Positions 51,696 through 61,528 of a stretch of 64,000 nt of DNA are shown here, piece by piece. The DNA is from Lepidodermella squamata (Eukaryota > Animalia > Gastrotricha). The notes below the pieces were generated by a model. That model worked only from the letters and a program-made list of their open reading frames with translations, searched no databases and was not told the DNA's origin. A program made the position numbers and the translations under genes. Within the stretch, counting starts at the first letter, position 1; the number at the start of each line of letters is the position of its first letter. Location: NCBI GenBank assembly GCA_047495785.1, contig JBLDXI010000054.1:1364001-1428000 (forward strand), given 5' to 3'.

Positions 51696-51800
51696 TCCTT
51701 CGACCATCTGCTCCGAAGGTTTATCACCCAGTGAATTGCAGTACCAGATGACCCATTCCAGAAGGCTTATTTCTTCTTCATCAAATTAAACGCTTCAAAT

Positions 51801-52542
51801 TCAAGTTTTATTTTTTTTGCGATCCCTGATGACTTGGCTGGCTTTGTAAGAAATCGCTCTAGAGTTGCGGCGCAGCAAAGCTGAAAAATCGCCCCGACCA
51901 GTATTGCGGAACCAAGCGATAAAGTCATCGACCATCTGCTCCGAAGGTTTATCACCCAGTGAATTGCAGTACCAGATGACCCATTCCAGAAGGCTTATCT
52001 CGTACGGGTTCCATTGTCTTTTTGCACGCGAGGATTGACAGTACAGTTTAATTGAAGTCACATTCGGGGCCTGAAATCCTGTATCAGGCGGCAAATTTGG
52101 CGGCGCGGAAACAAACGAACCAAATGAACCTTGGTTTGAGATACCTGCCGAATCGGGAGAAACGGACATTCCCGTGGCTAGCGTATGAAACGTCGATGAT
52201 GAGGACGCACCAAATGAGGTTAGAAAGCCGGACAGATTCGGCAGTGGCAGTGGAGGACCGGCCGCTAAAACAGTCTTTATCCGCGTTCTTCATCGGCCTT
52301 CCGCGCCGCTTGTTGACTGCCGCATCGCGATTTTTCTTCTGTTTAGCAGCTTGTTTAGCAGCTTGTTTAGCTTTCTCAGTCTCTTTTTTCTCGATAAGCT
52401 GTTGTAGATTTGGGGTTTTCACCGTTGAGCGCGAACGCAGCGTAATGCGCCTTGCTGTTTCAACAATGACAGTTTTTGGAGAAACTGGCGAGAAGTGCGC
52501 GCTAGTGTTATTTATAGAAACTGCTTCTTCAGATGAAGCCAT
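51801..52542 (-). pseudogene. Second, convergent gene inside the transposon: basic coiled N-terminus + Myb/SANT-like C-terminus (frameshifted)
   Basis: ORF 52542-52084 (EKAKQAAKQAAKQKK...KRRGR) overlaps ORF 52169-51801 (AKRQWNPYEISLLEWVIWY...DDFIAWF...RRNSRAISYKA). Confidence 0.5.
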
Positions 52543-53003
52543 GATGGAAACGAAAAAAGTAGCGCGAGTAATAAAATGAAAATAATGAGAAAAAAATCAA
52601 ATTTAAATATGAGAACACGCGATCAAACATCGCCTTTGTGAAATTGGTTTTGCACATTATGAAAATGCAAATGAAAAAAGGTGTATCATCATCGTGATCA
52701 TGGCAGTTGCCATCGCTGCAGTTACAGCCACAACTGTCTTCATCGTCATTTTCAGTCGACCTTGCCTCGTTTGACAAGCTATTATGGGCTTTGCTAGACA
52801 ATGCTAATAATAATATCATGCAGGAAATCATAAATTTCAGAATCATTTTGAAAAAAATTGATAATTTTTTCTGGTTTATTATTATTGCTTATTTCTGCTA
52901 AAGTACGGATGATAATTTTTTTGCCTTGCATTTTTTTAATAACTCAGTAACCATGATGAATTTTTGGAGCGGGTTTCACCAGTCGATAGATCGATAGATA
53001 GTG

Positions 53004-54034
53004 ACGAAAATGCTCCTTGTTATTTTTGGTGGAAAAGCTCATTTTTGAAAAAAGCTATTTTGCTTCCGATGTGACTTGTGGCAATCATTTTTCTTGTCAG
53101 AGGGTTCAGATTTTGTCTAGAGGTGGTCCACTATTCATCCAAGTCGCCGATTTCCAAAAAAATCATCAATTGCACAACCCGAAACATGCAGCTTTGTAAA
53201 TTAGGTGCATTCCCGCAAAAATGTCAAAACCCTCATTTCGTTATTCAGAAACGTTTCTGCCCGACCTCTGGCCGACGCAGCGCCTCTTCGTCATCACCTC
53301 GGCTGGGTCGACGTAAATCAAAAACACGCTATTCATCTGGCTACCTTTCTATGGAACTGTCTACACCAACAAGCACCCACTGTCATGCAGTCATGGTTCC
53401 AGCTGAACGATCCCTCGAACTATGAAACTCGCCACTTTGAACCGATGTTTAAACCAACGTACTGCTCGAAGGTTCGCGGCATGCTGAGCATGAGCTACCG
53501 AGGCCCTGATCTATGGAACCAGCAGTCCATCAATCTGAAACAGCTCAGACCTGCAGGGAAGCCACCTACTCGCACTTTTACGAAAAAATTGCTGCAAAAT
53601 TGAAATTAAAATGAAGCTCTATATATTCTTATTTTTATATTTCCTTATCCACGGTAAAAAAAAACGGTGAGCTGCCGTTGTTGTAATATTGTTTCGTTTT
53701 CCTTATGGTTGACTCAAATTTATGTCATCTCCAATTGTCCTATCCTTTTGTAACTGTCCTGCAATTATCTGTTTCCTTTCAAACTTAACTTTGTCGAGCT
53801 GCCCTCTCTGGGTGTCATAGCTTTGAAATAAATAAATAAAATAAATAAATAAACGTTTCTGCCCGGTCCAAAGTGAAAGTCTCGGTTAACGGGGTGGTAT
53901 TGACATCACTCCCTGCTAAAAATATGGTCCAATTCAGCTTTACTACAGGAAAATGACAAACAACGCTAAAACCTGGAAAATAGCATTTTTCAAAAATAAA
54001 CTTTTCCACCAAAAATAACAAGGAGTATTTTCGT
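53004..54034. mobile_element. TIR-bounded non-autonomous element containing a nested LINE fragment
   Basis: acgaaaatgctccttgttatttttggtggaaaag... mirrored by ...cttttccaccaaaaataacaaggagtattttcgt. Confidence 0.7.
53195..53853 (+). mobile_element. 5'-truncated CR1/L2-type LINE 3' end
   Basis: ORF end LGWVDV...YETR...SYRGPDLWN...TFTKKL typical of CR1/L2-group ORF2 C-termini, followed by a 3' UTR and an (aaat)n tail at 53826-53853. Confidence 0.7.
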
Positions 54035-56138
54035 ATTTGGGTAATTTCGGGTTTCAGGGTGGCTAATAATGGACATTTACCCCATGCCAAACTTTGAGAG
54101 GAGGTTGGTCACGCCTGGATGTGGTTCAAATTTGGAACATTTGCGATCAAAATTGATCAATCCATATAATTTTAAAGTTCGGCAGAAATATTTTTGAAAT
54201 ATATGTACGAGTAGCAAAAATCGTGTACAATATATGTACGAGCAGCGGATAAGCCCAAAAAGCAGTGCACACGCCACGCAACATAATAAATCGAAGTAAT
54301 CACGATAAAATTCTGCGTAATTTTCTGCATATTGGCTCATCGTAACTTTAAGATTATGGCTTATGAATTTTGGAAAATTTTCGGAAAACGACTTTTTTGC
54401 CCAAATTGAGTTCTGAGCTACATTACGGAGTTTTTATGACTTGTGCTCCTCAATTTTTGGTGTGAAAAGCTAGAATAGCTGACCATCATGTTAGTCGATT
54501 GGGTGAAAATCAGAGGCCGAGCCCGAGCGCCTGCTGGGAGGACTGTTTAGCGCGTTTATCCTGCTTTGAAGCCATCTGATTTGTTGGGGACCCCTTCCAA
54601 CAGCGCGCTAATGCGGGCCATGGATTATAGAGGTCCCTACATGCGCATGGTAAAATGTTGCCATATTCCTCAACGGTGTTGAGGACAGAAATGAGATTTT
54701 GAAAAGTATTGTTTTTCAGCCTTAACACCCAAAAAGTGTCTCCAGATTATGCGCATGTATGGGTAGGATTTCCTTACTCTACAGTAAACGCGGATGGAGC
54801 GGCATAATTATCTCTGCCAGCGCTCTTGGTAGTTTAGCCGTCCTACTTTGCACGCTGAAATAAATAGGGCACAAAAAAGAGCATACACTGGTTTCGGTTG
54901 TTTCCTTCATTCCTTCTCCCGTAAGGATGAGCCAGCTCTAATAACAGTGGGATCGCTTCGGCTTGTTTGTTTTACGTTAGTATATTCTACACTAAACATC
55001 TACCAATGAAGCTAGTCTTATTAATAAAGCCCCTTATATTTTATTATCTCAATATTTATCACGTATTTGTAGAATCCAGGACAATAAGTACCTCAATTTG
55101 CGGGTAGCTTATCTGCTAAATGCTTGTTCGAAAACGAAAAACGAAAAGCTTTTTATTTTGTCCTTTGTTCCAGATAAAACGAACGAAAATGTACAATTTG
55201 GAAGGCAAGAAAAAAGGCGCAGGCACTATCGATTTCATAGTCTTCCCGGTTAAACCAGCAACTTTTCTGATGAAGATGGAAATGTCAAGGGCGAAGTTTT
55301 GGCTTTTGTAACCGAAGCACAAGATAGACTTTTTTATACTTGAGAATTGCAGAACTGACGTGAAGCTCGTCAGAAATCCTCGCGACTGACAAGTATGTAA
55401 AAATATAACAGCACTCGAGCGGTTGACAACATTCAGTGAAATGAGTTGACGATCCTTATAACAAGTGAAAATCTGTTGCTGACATCTGACATCGCGGAAA
55501 ATCTAAAGCCAATAAAACGATAGTACAGTGAGGCTCAGGTTCATGGGGTTGCTGATACAGTTAGCTTCAACCTGTTTTCAAATAAGAAACGCGAGCTAAA
55601 ATTTGTCCTTCACGTCACATCGCTAGTCATTTTCGCCGCCTTCTTTCTCAGGTGAGGGAGTTCGCTTCGATATATAATCAACCTGAAGCAGTAAAAATGC
55701 TAGCTTTCTCTGAATTTTAAAATAGATAAAAGCAGTCAATAAATTTGAGCTCTGGGTTGAGGAACAGTATGTCTTATAGGATTCCCTCTTGCCCAATTGA
55801 AAATTCCGAGAAAAGTTCCGCTTTTCGTTTCTTAATAGGCTACCTCATTGTTTAAAACGGGACGTCGTCTTTTATTTCATATTGTACGGGATCGTTAAAT
55901 TTGTTGATTTAGCAATTTTATTTCCTTCATTCTATCTCACGTGAGGATGGGTAAAGGATAGTGACTTGTTTGTTTTGCTCATTGATTAAGTCATAAAACA
56001 CCTGCCTGTTATTATTATCGCTCAAAATAGATCACGCATGGGCAGAATTAGGACAGAAAATGCCTATAAATTATGACATAATGATGCAGCTTTTCATCAG
56101 TTTTCGAATTTGTATCTCTCATCGCTTGGTTCATTTCA

Positions 56139-57855
56139 ATGGCTCGTATCACTTTTGTGGCAACGGCTTTGCTCGCTGCCGTAGGCTATGCCGCAGCCGC
56201 CAGATACTACGTCAATCAAACGCCTAATACTGGCACTTCAAACGCCTGTCCGTACGGTCTTGCCTCCATCTTGTCAAAGGACGACATGAATGCGGCTGTA
56301 ACCGCGATTGGTGGTCAAGTGGGCCAGTACTGGATCGGTCTCTACAACACCGGCAACAACGCGGATGGTGTCAATGGATGGACTTGTAAGTGTTATGGGC
56401 ATTTTCGTTACCTGGCTATTGTGTATTTCCAATTCAAAGGGAGTGATGGTTCGATTTTCACCCGTAATGGTAGCTACGTGAATTGGAGCCCGGTGACTGG
56501 CTACACGAACCCTCAGAATACCAATCTGCAACCAGCTCCAGGCCAGAGTGTCTACATCAATGAAAAGGGCCAGTTCGTTACAGCAGCGAGCACTATCACC
56601 CGCCCGCTGCTTTGCAACGGTCAGCTGAAGGTATAACAACCCTTTTAGAATTCCGCGTCTAAAACCAGGATTTCATACAGTACAAAGTCATCGCAACCCC
56701 TGACACTGTGGCAGCCGCTGCTTGCCCGTACGGCCTTGCAACGATCCAGTCCCGTGATGACTTGAACGCTGCTATCAAGGCGATCGGTGGCAAGAAGGGC
56801 GAATACTGGATTGGCCTGCGTAATACTGGCAAAAATAGTGATGGAGTTAACGGATGGACATGTAAGTCTAAAAGCCTCAATCTACTTTGTTGGCTAAGCA
56901 CAAGATTTCAGGGGCTGACGGCACCGTGTTCACCCGCAGCAGCTTCATCAACTGGAGCCCAGCAACCGGCTACGTGAATCCTCAAGATACCAACTTGGGC
57001 TCAGCCCCAGGCCAAGGCTTCTTCATCACTGAGAAGGGCTTGTACTTGACTGCCCAGGCAACTATGAAGCGCGCCTATCTGTGCAACGCTGCGCAAAAGG
57101 TATTGCTTTGATGTGAAGCTGTGATGTGTCAAGTCTCAATTACTCATCATATATAGTACCAAGTGGTCACGACCCCTGACACCGGCGTTTCAGGCGTTTG
57201 CCGCCGCGGTTTGGCGACGATCCAGTCTCGAGACGACCTGAACGCGGCCGTCAAGGCTGTGGCTGGCCTTGGCAGCGAGTTCTGGATCGGCCTTCACAAC
57301 GTCAATGACAACTCGATCGGCGTCAATGGCTGGACCTGTAAGCCTGCATATTGCATATACCCAACGCAAAATATCTCTTAATTGTATGTTCAGGGGACGA
57401 TGGCACTCAGTTCACGCGCAGCAGCTTCATCAACTGGAGCCCGGCGACTGGTTACACTAACCCTCAGGATACTAACCTGGGCTCAGCCCCAGGCCAAGGC
57501 TTCTACATCAATTCCCAGGGCCAGTACCTCACAGCCCTAGCTAGTAACAAACGCATGCTTCTCTGTAACGGCTACGACAAGTCGGCTGATGTAAAATCAT
57601 GATTTGGGTATACTTGAAAGCTTTATTCCATTTCTATGTTTCCAGTTGAATCTGGGCATTAACTTGGACACTACGATCCCGCCTTTGACCACGACGACGA
57701 CCCAACCCACGACCACGACTACGACTGCGACCACGACCACGACCACAGAAGAGAACCTGAATCCATTTTACAATAATCCGCCGCCAGACTGTCTTCAGTA
57801 TGGATGGGATTCGTATGAATGCTTTCATGCCATGTTTAATGTGGCATTTGGCTAA
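56139..57855 (+). CDS. Triple-CTLD copy H
   Basis: Same 7-exon model; tail EENLNPFYNNPPPDCLQYGWDSYECFHAMFNVAFG*. Confidence 0.87.
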
Positions 57856-58599
57856 AGTGACATTTGGCTAAAGCCTCACTTTAAAGCCGTGCGGGATCCA
57901 CCTGTATCTTGTAGCTTAACCGACTTGAATAGATTTATTGATTCTGAGACAGAGTTTAGATTGGAACCTTAGGGTCTCACCAGCTCACACTTCTGATAAG
58001 CTGTTTTCTGATTTAGTAAGGTTTGAAGAGTTATGGATAAAGAAATAAATTGGAAGAGTAGAAGAAAAACTGCGTGAATTCGAGAAAAGGTGTCGATCCC
58101 ATGTCTTCACTTCTCCTGCGAAAGACTACCGTTAACCCCATTGTTGAAAGCAGAGTAATTTTGTTTTGCTCGTTCGGGAGCCATTTTGATTTCGAATACT
58201 TGTCGGGATCTTCTAGGCGCAATCTGGAACCAAGCGATGAGAGAAACAAATTCGAAAACTGATGAAGAGCTGCATCATTAGCCCTCAATTTCTGCCCTAG
58301 GTCTTTTTTTATTGCTAAAAGCAGGAAACAGGAAAACAAATAATATTACCTATTATAGTAGCTGCAAATTAGAAATTCAGATTTTTTTCATATGTCTGTA
58401 CGGCCCAATTTCGTAATTAATCACCGTTTTATTCACAGAAAAAAGCGATAATTAATCATTGCACCGGGGTATAAATAGGTAAGGATGAGGGTTCAAAAAA
58501 TGAGACCGATGAAACATCACGCCTCGTCACGGGGTAAAAAATTGCTAGAAAAAACGTCGATGCCGAGATTGAATTAAATAGTTATTTTATGCAAATTTT

Positions 58600-61002
58600 T
58601 CAAGCGTCGTAGGGCCTTGCAGTGCCGCCCACATTGCCGGCTGGGCCGTAGTTGCAGACGAAAACCATCTTGCCGTCGGTCTTGCACTGAGCGGCGCCAC
58701 AGCCAACAGAAGTCGTTGTGGCCCAAACCATCTAGAAAAATTGAAAAATAATTGAAAAGAATTTCATGAAAGTGAACGAAACAATTTTTGCGACCTAAAG
58801 TCTTTGAAAATTTCAAATTTTAAAATCAAATAATTTTAAAATTTTAAAATTTCGATTTCAATTTGAAAAACTTAAAAAAAAATTTATTCAAATTTTAAAA
58901 AATGATTACCTGTGTGAAATGGCCAACTGGCTTCATTAGATCATCGGGATTTTTCTTTCCTTTGCCATGCTCCCAGTCCGCCTTCTCGTCACACCACGCC
59001 TGAGCGATTTCTTTGAACGTACCGCCGCCCCACACCATGCCAATATTTTGACCAACACCATCCTGATTGCGAAATTAAAATAACGACAAAATTGAATAAA
59101 ATAATTTGAAGAACAATATGTTACGGGGAAAATTGCAGGCATCGCCCGTTCGAAGTCTTTGTCGTGGTCATCCCCGCATTGGTTAGCCAGCGCCTGGGCG
59201 ACACAGGCCAGGCGGTCGTCCCACTGTATTTCGCCCATATTTTTCGCCGGAGGGCTGACACCCTGCCGGCACTGCCGATGAATTTGCACAATTTCATTTT
59301 TATCGAAAGCTGAAAAGAAATTGATAAAAACAGTTGCATATTTTTCACTCTCAATATTTTCAATACCGATAGGAGTTGGCGACTCGGCTGCGTTTTTCGG
59401 CTTGCAAGCCGTATGGCCCGCCGCATTTGGCAGGGTTGATTTGTCTATGCCACAACACTGGTGAAAAAATTTAAAAAATTGAAATTTAAAATTTAAAATC
59501 ATGTAGGCAATTTAAAAAAAATTCAAATTTAAGTTTAAAAATTTTGAATTTAAATTTCAAACTTTTTTTTTAATTTCAAATTTGAAAAACGCCATACAAT
59601 AATTCTTAAAATTTTAAATTTTAAAATTTTAAATTTAAGCAAAAAGTTTGAAATTAAAATTTGGAATTCAAAATTATGTAGAAAATTAAAAAAAATAATA
59701 ATAAAAATGATCCAATGATCCTTACATTGTCGTCATTTTGGCGGCGAACGAAGTTGCTGAAAAAACCGCCATCGTCATCGTCATCATCATCATCATCATC
59801 GCTGTCATCGTCATCGCTATCATCGTCGTTGCCAGCGTCGCGGCGTCGGTTCTCGTCGCCATCTTCGTCCTCCTCATCATCATCATCATCATCAGCATCG
59901 TTGCTATCACCACCTTCGCTACTATCGTCTTCACTGTTTCCAGCGTCGCGGCGGCGTTTCTCTTCGCCATCGTCCTCGCCTTCATCATCATAGTCATCGT
60001 CATCATCGTCTTCATCTTCATCATCGCTGTTGCCTTCTTCATCGTCGTCGTTATCCCCGCTGTTATTGGCATCTCGTCGCCTCGTTTCCTCGCCTTCGTC
60101 GTCACCTGCGTCCTCATCACCTTCGTCGCCCTCGTCGTCGTCGTCGTCGTCGTCGTAAGAATAGTCGCCATCTTCGCCCTCACCTTCATCCTCATCCTCA
60201 TCGCCGCTATTTTCATTCGACCTCGTCTCAACGGGTGAACCCTGCTCAGCTGCTTGCTCAGCTGTCTGACAATTCAAAAAAATTATCAGTCTAATTTTAA
60301 AATTTCAAGTTTAAATCTTATAGGAATAAGATAGGACCTAATAGCTCGAGGAGAAAGTGAAGCGGAACCAGGGAGACACCAAAAGTAATAATTGAAGTTT
60401 GAAATTTAATTTAATTTAAAATTTAAAAAATTTAACATGCTATTTCAGCATAGGATCAATGCCAATAACTAAATTTATAGGGTTCCTTTTTATAATAAAT
60501 CTAATCGCCCAGCTACTATTTCATTTATTTCATTTTCACAGCAAATTTAGAGATGTCTTTACCTGGGTGTCTTGGATGACCAACGGCGGTTCCTCCTTAA
60601 AAAATATTCGTTGAAATATTCATCAAAAAAAGAAGGTATCGCTCTTACCTGAACAGGGGCGTTTTGCATTAAGGGAGCTTCTTCCTAGAAGTCACGGAGT
60701 GTAAAAAAAATTAAAATTATGATATTCGGAAATTTAAAAACCTGAGCAGCGGCGCCATTGTGAACGCCAGCGACGAATGCCTCTTCAACATCGGCTAATT
60801 CTTCGATATTTTCGGCGATTTTCTCAATTTCACTCGGGCTCAAATCATCGTCGCCCGAGTTGTCGCGAAATGAGCTCGGCCGATGGTGACCAGGCGGGTA
60901 AAACCGAGCCGAAACCTAAATAATAATTAATAAACTATCTGATAATCGAACAAAATTTACCTGGCTGATAGCAACCAGCAACAAAACCCACAAAAATTGC
61001 AT
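58600..61002 (-). CDS. CAP/SCP/TAPS protein 6 with a very long Asp/Glu-rich, RRR-punctuated N-terminal region
   Basis: Signal MQFLWVLLLVAISQ|VSA; micro-exons EEAPLMQNAPVQ and EEPPLVIQDTQ; acidic exon about 59725-60266 with RRRDA x3; then CCGIDK...[29 protein letters not shown]|[22 protein letters not shown]. Confidence 0.83.
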
Positions 61003-61528
61003 TGAAAAATTTAAGAATGTTCTTATTTTTTTACCAGAATTTTAGAATAAATGTCTTGGAAAAATTCTGAGACTAAAAATCTGGTATTTTTGAACTGAAT
61101 CACCTGACTGGGTTCGCATCCTGATTATAAATTCCGTCGCGAAAAAATTGCCGAAAATCACGCAAATAATTATCATAATTAGCGCATAACACAAGACGAG
61201 ACATTTTCCGTTACGAAAAACTTCACATTTTTTTATTCAAATTTTGGTTCCATAATATTTTTCAGCCAGAAAAAAACGTGCATGGACTATAACTACATTT
61301 TTTGTATCGAATAAAACATCGAAATTGTTTTCATCGCATATTTGCGCATCAACGATATAATAATACTAATAATACTTTCATCCACACTATTGAAGTAATA
61401 ATAATATTTACAAACAATATTATAACAGGTGTGCGTTAATTAGGTCATGCGATATAATATAACAATAAGTCGGAACAAAAAGCGATTTGTAAATTTACAA
61501 ATAAATAAGAGTGACAAGACGGATTTAG

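Larger units (their letters stand above)
51100..52683 (+). mobile_element. Tc1/mariner/IS630-superfamily DNA transposon, internally deleted, TA target-site duplication
   Basis: TA(51098-99)|cacctttttcatttgcattttcataatgtgcaaaac ... gttttgcacattatgaaaatgcaaatgaaaaaaggtg|TA(52684-85). The empty site ggaaaTAtcatcatc is seen in CAP4 at about 30998. Confidence 0.92.
50968..52846 (-). pseudogene. Truncated duplicate of CAP4 (exon 1 and part of exon 2), interrupted by a transposon
   Basis: [54 protein letters not shown] matches CAP4 exon 1. The sequence resumes below 51099 and matches 30859-31000, then breaks off. Confidence 0.85.

Noticed and set aside
59715-60238. Poly-Ser, poly-Ile/Val and poly-Met/Thr ORFs
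   Set aside because: Alternative-frame and antisense shadows of the GAT/GAC-rich acidic exon.
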